From Cenococcum geophilum (lineage: Eukaryota), in the NCBI GenBank assembly GCA_050273025.1, contig CP158636.1, forward strand, positions 310,001-374,000: a DNA stretch of 64,000 nucleotides, given 5' to 3'. Below, in pieces: positions 10,940-22,526 of this stretch. The notes beneath the pieces are model-generated. The model searched no databases and was not told the DNA's origin. It saw only the letters and a list, made by a program, of their open reading frames with translations. Each line of letters begins with the position of its first letter. The stretch's first letter is position 1. Position numbers and translations under genes: made by a program.

Positions 10940-13900
10940 ATAATATATAGAAAGAAGAAGAAATCTCCCTAGCTTCTAAAGCTAGAGGAGAAATCTCCAT
11001 TATACAATATAATGTAGGAAAAAGATAAGAAGCACAGCAAACCCTACTAGAAATAGGATTTAGAAGAAAAATAGATATTATCCTAGTACAAAAACCTAGT
11101 ACCTGGAAAGATAGATAAAAAGGATCCTACTTCTCTATTCCGCACCCTATATTTAACCTTATCCTCCCTAGCAATTTAGCTATTCGCCCTAAAGTAACTA
11201 TCTATATAAGAAAGACTAGCTCTAGCTTTTAACAATATAGAAATAGGGAGGATATTTATAAAGATACAGATATTATAGCATTAGAAATCTATAGCCAATT
11301 TAAAAGATTTTTACAGTTTAATATTTATAATAAGAGATAGCTAGACGAGAACTCTAGAACCTAAAGAAATAGTACGTCTACTATCTTAAGGGCCATTCTA
11401 GAACGAAAACTAGACCTCCCCTTCGCACTAATAGAAGACTATAACTTACACTATATAAGATGGAAGGCACTAGCTAGAAATCTAACTAGGGAAGCTAAAG
11501 AACTAGTAGACTGGCTAAACAAATATAACTATTAACTACTAAATTTAAATAAATAAGAAGGGACCTTTTATAGATTTAATATAAGGGAAAAGTCTATTAT
11601 AGACCTAGCCTTTTACTTAGGAAACTTCTAAGAAAATACCTAGGACAATTGGACTATAATAGAAGAAATAGGATTAGACTATAAAAATATAGCCTTCTCC
11701 CTATTTACTAGAGAGGCGTAAAGATACCTAAACCCCCTTTAAGATACCTCTTTTTATATAAAAAAGGCAAATTAGGAGCTCTTTTCTACTTTATTAGTAA
11801 AGCTAGTTTAGGAACTAGAACTAGAAGTAAAGGTTTTAGCTTTAGAAGAACTAGTAGAAGAAAACCCCTATATAGAGATAAGAGAAAAAGGCCCCCTAGC
11901 TTCTCTAGAGGAATTATATAGAAATAGGGATAGGAGCTTAAGTACATAAGTAGATAACCTAGTAGTAGATCTTACTAGTTATATAAAGCTAGCAGCTAAG
12001 AAAGCTATCCCTAAATTTAGAACCTACAAATTCTCTAAACTATAGTGGAATAAAGAGCTTCTATAGAAAAGAAAAAAAATAGTAAAACTAGAAAGGCTTT
12101 AAGAAGAATAACCTACTAGAAGCTCTAGACTAGAAGCCTATAAAGAAGCTAAAAATCAATACTTCTATGTAATAAGAAAAGCTAAAACTAGCTACTAGAA
12201 TAGTTTCCTAGAAAAAGCATAAGGAAAAGAGGTCTTTACTACCCTAAAATATATAAAGGAGAAAGAGCTGCAAATAATCCCTAGTCTATAGTATAGCAAG
12301 AATAGGACTACTAGATTAGTAGAGAGCTTTAAGGATTAGTATAAAGCTTTTTTAACTACTCTATTCCGTAAACCCCCTTTTACTAGCCCTATAGAGTAGA
12401 AGGACTATACTATAGATAGTAAATGGAAATGGCTAGAACTAGAGAAAATAGAAGTTAAATAAGCAATCTTCTCTAGCTCTAGTAAAAAAGCCCTAGGGCT
12501 AGATAAGCTATCCTTTACAATTCTGTAAAAGGCCTACCCTATTATAAAAGATCTTCTATATAGAATCTATAGGATCCTATTTACCTTAGGCTATTAATTA
12601 AAAGTCTAAAGAGAAGCTTAAGGAGTTATTCTCCCTAAAGCAAATAAGGAGGATTATTCTCTATTAAAGTTATATAGAATTATCTCTTTATTAAACTGCC
12701 TAGGAAAGACTCTAGAGAAGATCTTTACTACTAGATTAGGATATCTAGCTAGTACTACTAGCCTACTATAAGAGACATAACTAGGAGGAAGAAGACAGCG
12801 GTCCGTAATTAACGCAGTTTTACTACTCCTAAATAATATCCAATTAAAAAATAATAGGAAAAAAGCCAGATAAAGGATAGCTACTATATTATTTCTAGAT
12901 ATAAAAGGGGCCTTTAACTATGTTTCTATAAACTAACTTTAATTGGTTTATAAGGAACTAGGACTACCTATAGCGTTTATATAATAGGTAGCTACCTTTA
13001 TTAGCAATAGAAAGCTATAGCTCTCCTTTAATAGGCAAATATAAGAAAAAGTAGAAATAGAAATAGGGATACTATAAGGTTCGCCTATATCCCCTATTTT
13101 ATTTCTACTATATATACGTAATATCTGCAGGCTAGAGATAGAAGGAGCTTATTTCCTTAGCTATATAGACAATTTTGCAATTACGGTTACTTTAAATTCG
13201 GCTAAATCTAATTGTAAAAAGCTAAAGGGAATAGCGCTAGAGTTAATGTCTAGAGCTAAGGAAGCGGCTATTAGCTTTAATATTAGCAAGATAGAGCTTA
13301 TACACTTCTATAGTAAACATACTACTATAGAAGAATGGCTAAAGCTAAGAGATATAAAAATATCCCCTAAACCCCTAGTTAGGTAGCTAGGGGTATTTCT
13401 AAACTCTAAGCTTACTTTTAAATAATATATAGAAATAAGAATCTCTAAGGCAAAAGAGGCCTTCTATTTAATTAGAAGACTAGGAAATATATAAAGAGGT
13501 TTATCTCTATAAGCCCTACGGCAGCTCTATATAGCTTATATTATTACTATAGTAGACTATAAAATATAATGCTGGTGGAAAAGTAAATCTAAAGACTACC
13601 TACTAGCTAAGTACTAAGCTCTATAAAATAAGGCCCTAAAACTAGTATTAGGAGCGTTTAGAGGATCTCCTAGCTAGGCTATAGAGATTAAAGCCTCTAT
13701 TCCTCCTTTTAGAATTAGATTTAAAAAGCTTTGCAATAGCTACGCACTAAGGATCCTAAAATTTAAGGAAAACTATATAATTAAGAAGATCTATATAGAA
13801 GAGATTAATAAAGATAAGGACGAACTAGCAGTTAGATTAAGCTCTAATTCTAGCCCTAAAAACTCTACTATAAAGTACCTCTTATAGCTAAAAATATAGC

Positions 13901-14973
13901 TGCTATCTCTAACTTCTAGAGTTTAGCAGCTAATTTAAAACTGGAAAATAGAGAGAATCTCTCTAAACTAGCAAAAACCGTAGTCTCTTTTTATTTCTGC
14001 ATTCTTTTCTATCTTAAGAGATAGTAAGGAAGAAGCTGCATAAGAATATCTAAGGCTAGTAGATATATACTATATAGATAGCTTTAAAGATAGTAAATTA
14101 AGTGCGGCAGCTATATATAAAATAGGAGATAGAAATAGAATTAAATATACAATAAATTGGAACTAAGGACCCTATATGGAAATTATAAACATAGAGCTTT
14201 ATATAGTTTATAGGGCCCTAAAATATCTAAAGCAATAAAGACTAGAAGAGAAAAAGGTTTATATCTTTATAGATAGCCAGGCGGCTATTAAAAGATTATA
14301 GCTAAATTCTCTTATAGGAGGGTAAGAACTAGTCTTTAAAATTATGTAAAGCTGCTCCTATTTAGCTAGTAAAGGTATTTCTATTAACTTTTATTAGGTT
14401 CCTAGCCACTTAGGAATTTATAGAAACGAAATAGTAGATAAACTAGCTAAAAAGGGTCTCTTTAGAAGAAAAATAAAGTCTTTTTATACTTCTTTATCCT
14501 ATATAGAGACAGTAGTAAGAGAAAAAATACTAGAATAGTGGAAAAATAATTGGCAACAGAATAAGAATAAGGGAAAACACTATACTAAGATCTGTAAAGG
14601 AAGCTATTCCTTTTCTCTTAAAGCACCTAAGGATAGATATCATAAAAAGCTATAATTAGCTTTCTTCTAACTAAAACTAGGAAAGGGTTACTTTAAATCT
14701 TTCTTTAGAACAATAGGAAAGGATAAAGAAGGTAGATGCTTTAGAGAATATACTACTATATAAACCCCTAAGCACCTACTATTAAACTATAACCTATATA
14801 AAGAAGAGAAAAAGAATATATAAAGGCAACTAGGCTCTTCTCTCTCTTTAAAGAAGTTATTTTATATAAAGAAAGGAAAAGAAGCTCTTTTTCTATTCCT
14901 AGATAGGACAGAAATAGCTACTAGAAAGTGGCTAATAGCAGTAAGATCTTTAGAAGGAGGTAAATCCTCCTAG
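10940..14973 (+). pseudogene. LINE A ORF2 (AP endonuclease, RT, RNase H, C-terminal Cys/His)
   Basis: Q.NVGK, LVQEP, GDYNLHH..W, GSDH, KAPGPD, YRIISLLNCLGK, LDVKGAFDHV, G.PQGSP.SPILF, SYVDDF at about 13158, YTDG.K, DSQAAI, WVPSH.GI.GNE.ADKLAK. Confidence 0.9.
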
Positions 14974-17900
14974 GCTTCTAGTAGATAGATAATAGGGAGT
15001 AAAAGGATAGAAATAATTTACAAAAAGATAGGGATAGGCATTAGGATTTCTTATTTTTTAGAATCTTTTTTATTATTTTCTTATTACCTAATAGTTATTA
15101 GTAACCTAGTATTTTTACTAAGTAGCTATAAACTACTAGGATATAGTTACTAGTATATATTAAGCTACCTAAAAAGGATTTATATATATAGAGCTATAGC
15201 GCTATAGCCTAGAGGCTGTATACGCAGTATTATATATAGTATAATATAATAGACCTAAAAAAAAATTATAGTAACTACTTTAGGAATAAGTAGGGACACT
15301 AGTATATAAGATATAGATTTACAGCTAGTTACAGTAGATTAACCATAGGAGATAGTTAATTAATTAATAGATAATAACTAGATACTTAAAGAATAAATTA
15401 ACGGAATTAGAGTAGTAAAGGTTAAGTTACTATTATTTAAGCGATTTCTAGGAAAGAAGTTAAAGCTTAAGGGGTTTTTAGTAAAAATATATTTTAAGGT
15501 AATATAGAAGGGTGTAAAGCTTACTATACTAATAAACTAAGTAGTCTATATAGGATTGTTTCTAATGAAAAAAGCACTTAAGTAGTTTAAACTTTATTTT
15601 ACTAAGATATAAGAGAATGGGAGTATAACTATAAACCTAGAAGTTAAGTTATATTATTTTTTTATTATTTTTATTATTTTTATATCCGTTATATTATACT
15701 ACGTATAATACTACGCATGTAGCCTCTAGGCTATAGCGCTATAGTTTTATATATATAAATCCTTTTTAAGCAGCTTAATATATACTAGTAGCTATATTCT
15801 AGTAGTTTATAAATCCCTAAATTAGGGATTTATAGCTTTCTAGTAAGATACTAGGTTGCTAACAACTATTAGGTAGTAAGAAAATAATAGGAAAATAGTA
15901 GAAAAAATTGGAATAAAATTATAAATAATCCTAATGCCTGTCCCTGTCCTTTTTATAGTTTATTTTTATCCTTTTACTTTCTATAGTCTATCTACTAAGA
16001 CTTTAATAGAAGTTGCCTCCTTTTAAAGATCCTTTTGCTCTTAGCCACTTCCTAGTAGTTATTTTTATCCTACTTAAGAATAGAAAAAGCGCCCTTCTTC
16101 CTTTCTTTATATAAAAAAGTTTCTCTAAAGAGAGAGAAGAGCCTATTTATCTTTATATTTTCTTCTTATCTTCCTAATATAGTTTATATTCTAGTAAGAG
16201 GTATATAGGGGTTTATACCGCGGTATAGTCCTTAAAGTATCTACTTTCTTTATCCTTCCCTATTGTTTTAGAGAAGGATTTAAAGAAGCCTTTTTCTAGT
16301 TTTAGTTAAAAGAAAGCTAATTATAGCTTTTTAGGATATTTATCCTTAGTAGCTTTAAAAGAAAAAGGGTAGTTTCCTTTATAGATTTTAGTATAGTGTT
16401 TTCCTTTGCTTTTATTCTGTTGCTAATTATTTTTCCACTATTTTAGTATCTTTTCTCTTGCTTATTTCCCTAGATAGGCTAAAGAAGAATAAAAAGATTA
16501 TATTTTTCTTCTAGAGAGGCCCTTTTTAGCTAGTTTATTTATTATTTTATTTCTATAGATTTTTAGGTGGCTAGGGACCTAATAGAAGTTAATAAAGATA
16601 TTTTTATTAGCTAGATAGGAATAGATTTATATAATTTTAAAGACTAGTTCTTGCCCTCCTATAAGAGAATTAAGCTATAATCTCTTAATAGCCACTTAGT
16701 TATCTATAAAGATATAAACCTATTTCTCTTTTAGCCTTTATTATTTTAGGTATTTTAGGGCCCTATAAACTGTATAAAGCTCTATGTTTATAATTTTCAT
16801 ATAGGGCCCTAGATTTCAGTTTGATATATATTTAATCCTATTTCTCTCTCCTATTTTGCATACAGCTGCTATATTTAATTTATTATCTTTAGAGCCATCT
16901 ATATAGTATATATCTACTAGGTCCCACTTTAGGGATTCTTATAGATTTTTTTCTAGTCTTAGATATTCTTTTATAGCTTCTTCTTTACTACCCTTAGAGA
17001 TAGAAAAGAAAGCGGGAATAGGAGGAGACTACGGTTTTTGCTAGTTTAGAGAAACTCTCTTTATATTCTAATTTTAGATTAGCTTCTAAACTCTAGAGGT
17101 TAAAGATAGTGGCTATATTTTTGGCTGTAAGAGGTACTTTATAGTAGAGTTTTTAGGGCTAGAATTAGAGCTAGAACTAGCTGCTAGTTTATCCCTATCT
17201 TTATTAACCTCTTTTATATAGGCCTTTTTAATTGTGTAATTTTCCTTAAATTTTAGGATTTTTAATGCGTAGTTATTATAAAGCTTTTTAAATCTAATTC
17301 TAGGGGGAGGAGTGGAAGCTTTAATCTCTATAGCTTGGCTTAAAGATCCTCTAAACGCTCTTAAAACTAATTTTAGGGCCTTATTTTATAAAGATTGGTA
17401 CCTAGCTAGTAGGTAGTCTCTAGATTTGCTTTTCCACTAATATTATACTTTGTGGTCTATTATAGTAGTAATATAGGTTAAAGGGCTTATAGGGATAGAT
17501 CTCTTTATATATTGCCTAGTCTTCTAATTAAATATAAGGCTGCTTTTGCTTTAGAGATTTTTATTTCTATATATTGTTTAAAAGTAAGCTTAAAGTCTAG
17601 GAATACTCCTAACCACCTAACTAGGGGTTTAAGGGATATTTCTACGTCTCCTAGCTTTAGCCCTTTCTCTATAGTAGTACGCTTATTATAGAAGTGTATA
17701 AGCTCTATTTTGCCAATATTAAAGCTAATAGTAGCTTCCTTAGCTTTAGATATTAGCTCTTACGCAATCCTCTCTAGCTTTTTATAGTTAGATTTAGTAG
17801 AGTTTAATATAACCGTAATTGTAAAATTGTTTATATAGCTAAGGGAATAGCCTCCTTCTGTCTCTAGCCTATAGATATTGTATAGATATAGTAGAAATAA

Positions 17901-20900
17901 GATAGGGGATATAGGCGATCCCTATAGTATCCCTGTTTTTAGTTTTACTTTTTCTTATATTTGCCCGTTAAAGGAGAGCTATATCTTTCTATTGCTTAGG
18001 AAAGTAGCTACCTATTATATAAACGCTATAAGTAGTCCGAGTTCCCTATAGATAGATAAAAGCTAGTTTTTAAAGATATGGTTAAAAGCCCCCTTTACGT
18101 CTAAGAATAACGTAGTAGCTATCCTTTATCTAGCTTTTTCCCTACTATTTTTAAATTGGATATTGTTTAGAAGTAGTAAAACTACGTCTATTACGGACCG
18201 CTGTCTTCTTTCTCCTAGTTATAAATCTTAAAGTAAGCTAGTAGTACTAGCTAGATATCCTAATCTAGTAGTAAAGATCTTCTCTAAAGTCTTTCCTAGG
18301 TAGTTTAATAGGGAGATAGATCTATAGGACTTTAGTAGAGAATAGTTCTCCTTATTTTCTTTAGGAAGAATAACTCCTTAAGCTTCTCTTTATACCTTTA
18401 GCTAATAGCCTAAGATAAATAAGATCCTACAGATCCTATATAGAAGATCTTTTATAGTAAGGTAGGCCTTTTATAAAATTGCGAAAGATATACTATCTGG
18501 CTTTAGAGCTTTTTTATTAGAGCTACAGAGAAGTGCTTATTTAACTTCTATTTTCTCTAGTTTTAGCTATTTCTATTTACTATCTATAGTATAGTCCTTC
18601 TACTCTATAGGGCTAGTAGAAGGGGGTTTTAGGAATAGAGTAGTTATAAAAGCTTTTTACTAGTCTAGTAGTCCTACCCTTACTATACTATAGACTAGGG
18701 ATTATTTGCAGTGTTCTCTCCTTTATATATTTTAGGGTAGTAAAGACCTCTTTTCCTTATGCTTTTCTAGAAAGCTATTCTAGTAGCTAGTCTTAGCTTC
18801 TCTTATTACGTAAAAGTATTGATTTTTAACTTCTTTATAGGCTTCTAGTCTAGAACTTCTATTAGGTTATTCCTTATAAAGTCTTCCTAGTTTTGCTATT
18901 TTTTATCTCTTCTTTAGAAGCTCTTTATTCTACAATAGTTTAGAGAATTCGCAGGTTCTAGATCTAGGGATAGCTTTCTCTACTACTAGCTTTATGTGGC
19001 TAGTAAGATCTATTACTAAATTATTTACTAGTGTACTTAAGCTTCTATCCTTAAGTCTATATAAATCTTCTAGGGAGGCTAGGGGACCTTTTTCTCCTAT
19101 CTCTATATAGGGGTTTTCTTTAACTAGTTTTTCTAAAACTAAAGGCTTTACTTCTAGTTCTAGCTCTAGAACTTGTTCTTTTAAGGAGGTAAAGAAAAGT
19201 TCCTAGTTTGCCTTTTTATAGAGAAAGGGGTTTCTTAAAGAGGGTTTAGGTATCTTTACGTCTCTCTAGTAAATAAAGAGAATGCTATAGTCTTATAATT
19301 AGATCCTATTTCTTCTATTATAGTCTAATTATCCTAGGTATTTTCTTAAAAGTTTCCTAAGTAGAAGGCTAGGTCTATAATAGACTTTTCCCTTATATTA
19401 GATCTATAAAAGGTCCCTTACTGTTTATCTAAATTTAGTAGTTAGTAGTTATATTTATCTAGCTAGTTTACTAGTTCTTTAGCCTCCCTAGTTAGGTTCC
19501 TAGCTAGCGCGTTTCACCGTTTGTAGTATAGGTTATAGTCTCCTATTAGTATAAAAAGGAGGTCTATTTCTAGTTCTAAAATAGCCCTAGAGATAGTAGT
19601 TATACTACTTCTTTGGGTTCTAGAGTTTTCGTCTAGTTATCTCTTATTATAGATATTAAAGAGTAGAAATCTTTTAAATTGGCCATAGATTTCTAATGCT
19701 ATAATATCTATATCTTTATAGATATCCTCCCTATTTCTATATTATAAAATACTAAAACTAGTTTTCCTTATATAGATAGCTACTCTAGGTTAAATAGCTA
19801 GATTATTAGGGAGGATAAGGTTAAATATAGGATGTGGAATAGAGAAGTAGGATTCTTTTTGTCTATCTTTCTAGGTACTAGGTTTTTATACTAGGATAAT
19901 ATTTATTTTTCTCCTAAATCCTATTTCTAGAAGGGTTTGCTATACTTCTTATCTTTTTCCTACGTTGTGTTGTATAAAGGAGATTTCTCTCCTAGCTTTA
20001 GAAGCTAAAGAGATTTCTTTTTCTTCCTATATAGAACCTTCTAAGCTTGTACTTATTTATATACTAGTTTAGCTGCTTTAAGAGACTCGCAGTCTTTACT
20101 ATTAGTAAAGTGTTTTTCTTTACAATTGCTGTAAAGAGGGGTAGTATGCTTATAAGGTCTACTTATTATATTATAAATAGGACAGGAGTGGTCCTTAGAT
20201 AGATATATCGCTGCATAGAATTAATAGGCCTTAGTAGAGCATCTATCTCCTATATAGCTAAATTTTTGGCAACTTGTACACTGTGTAGTAGGAAAGACTT
20301 TTAGGTATTTAACTACCTTAGCAGCTACCCCTACAGTTAGGGTTTCCTTCTGCTTAAGGATTTCCTATTTTTTCTCCTTATTTTCTATAGTAAAAACTAT
20401 AGAGCCGAACCTAGTTTATAGATTATATATCTTTTCCCTAGATAAGATCTGTTTAGGTAGTCCCTATATTCTAATAAGATTAAAGGTCTCTATTTCTTCT
20501 TTTAGAAGTTTAAAGTCTCCTTCTTCTAGAAAAGGGGAGATAGGGATAATATAAGCTACTACCTAAGCCTAGGGCTTTAGTTTTTGTTCCCTTTTAAAAA
20601 AGAAGTAGTTAGACTAGATTTCCTTATATTTAACTAGAAACTCTACATTATATTCTTTTATAGTTATAAGGAAAATATTCTACTTTTCTCTAGTTTTAGC
20701 TATAGTAGCTATTACTAGCTTCTCTATTTACATTTTAGATATAAATAGTTAATTGACTTAATTCCGTAGGGAGAAGATATCTAAAGGCTAGTCTTTTTAG
20801 TCCGTAACTAGGACTAGTTTTCTTTCTTATAATTGCTTTTTTTTTCCTTTAGTAGAGGTAGGGCTAGTAGAACTAGTAGGGAGAGATAAAGAGGGGGGGG

Positions 20901-21439
20901 AGAGGAAGAAGTAGTAGAGGAAAAAGGAGCAAAAGTGGAAGAAGAGAGGCCCTTCTTTAGCTTCTCTGCGTAGGTTTATATTTTTAGGGCTACCTCCTAA
21001 CGGAGAGCTTTTACTTCTTCTACTAGTTCTTTTAGGACTGTTACGGACGCTTTAAGTACAATACTATAACTACTTAGAGAGGAGTCGAAAGAAGCTAGTT
21101 AGTTAATTTAGGTATAGTCTAAGATGGAGCCAATAGAACTATGTAATAAGGAATAGTAATTAAGGTTACGTAATAAGATCTATATAATCTATATAATCTA
21201 TATAATCTATAATAGAGTAGATAGAGCTTACGTATATTATATATAAGAAGGATTTTATAGGAGTACGGTTATATATTTAAGGACCCTTAGTCCCTACCTA
21301 GATAGTTCCTTCTTTATAGTAATTCTCAGAATATAATTAGAGTTAATCTGTTAGGCAACCACTCCACCAGTTATTATTACGTTATTAACTTTAACTTATA
21401 TTACCTATACACCTAGCCCAATAATAAGCCTACTGTAGT

Positions 21440-22526
21440 CGTCGTCTCCCCCTTCGCTCCTCCGTCGTCGTCGCTAGGACGCCCCTGGCTATATAGCCCC
21501 TATGGACACGTCATCAGACGCCAAATACCAGACACACCACAACCTCTACTACAACTAGTCTACAGCCATTACGCTGCAGACGACCTCCGCAACCAGTCTA
21601 CTGCCATCGCGCTGCAGACGACCTCCACCACAACCTGTCTACTGCCATCGCGCTGCAGACGACCTCTACCACAACCTGTCTACAGCCATCAGGCTGCAGA
21701 CGACCTCTACTACAACCTGTCTACAGTCATCGAGCTGCAGACGACCTCCGCAACCTGTCTACAGCCATTAAGCTGCAGACGACCTCTACCACAACCGCAA
21801 CCACTACCGCTACAATATGCCATACAACACCGCACTATAGGCGTACCGCAGATGCGCAGATAGGGTAGCTACAGCAGGGGGGAGAGGGGAGGGGGGCCGG
21901 CCCGTGTTACTTTAGCACGTAAAATATAAGGTGTATAGGCGAATTGGTGTTTATACCCTATACAGACAACCTCGTGAAAATTTTCCTATGGGAGTGGGTT
22001 TATGTAACGAGGTTCGCCCTTATAAAATACCATTAATAGCCTACTTTTGGGGAGAGTAGCTATTAATTACTAATTCCCTACCCATTTCTTTAGCAAGGAG
22101 AAGAGATAGGGTATAGGATAAAAAGTCGCTTTAGGGGTAATTAGTAGCTGCTTCCAAGCTAGCAAGCTATTATAACGCCTCTTATTCTTAAGTGCAAAAC
22201 TATTTAATAAAAATCATTCTTTTAGAGCGCTTTTTCTACTCTAGGAACGGCAGAATACGGCAGAAATAGATAAAAGAGCCAGGATTTCCTTAGTTTTCTT
22301 GGTGCGAACTGGACCATAGTAAGCAAAATACCAGAACGAAAAAACACCAGTCGCTAGAGCTCCCCTAGCATTTTAAAAACGGGCCAGAGTGTCCACTTAG
22401 CTACTAGTACATGTTAAGCTGCCTAGAAAGGATTCATGTATATAGAACTATAGCGCCATAGCCTAGAGGCTGCATGCGCAGTATTGTACATAGTATAATA
22501 CAACGGATATAAAAAAAAAAAAAAAA
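21440..22526 (+). mobile_element. Non-autonomous LINE-tailed retroposon (SINE-like element or chimeric retrocopy)
   Basis: 14-bp TSD AAGCCTACTGTAGT (21426-21439 and 22527-22540); A18 run at 22511-22528; last ~110 bp homologous to the LINE A 3' end; empty site in the partner LTR at about 36171-36183. Confidence 0.92.
21541..21796 (+). repeat. Six-unit 38/41-bp tandem array of hairpins
   Basis: GTCTACAGC-CATNNN-GCTGCAGAC cores start at 21558, 21596, 21637, 21678, 21719 and 21757. Confidence 0.95.

Larger units (their letters stand above)
8564..15265 (+). mobile_element. Full-length Tad1-type LINE with RNase H, family A copy 1
   Basis: 5' UTR, ORF1 with zinc knuckles, ORF2 APE-RT-RNase H, A-tail at 15257-15265; degenerate TSD TAGCAACTA/TAGTAACTA. 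Confidence 0.93.

Noticed and set aside
8564..21038. Giant inverted repeat or foldback element
   Set aside because: It is explained by two independent, oppositely oriented LINE A insertions with separate TSDs.
21541..21796. CRISPR-like array
   Set aside because: The linkers are short and near-identical rather than unique spacers, there are no cas genes, and the context is a eukaryotic retroposon.
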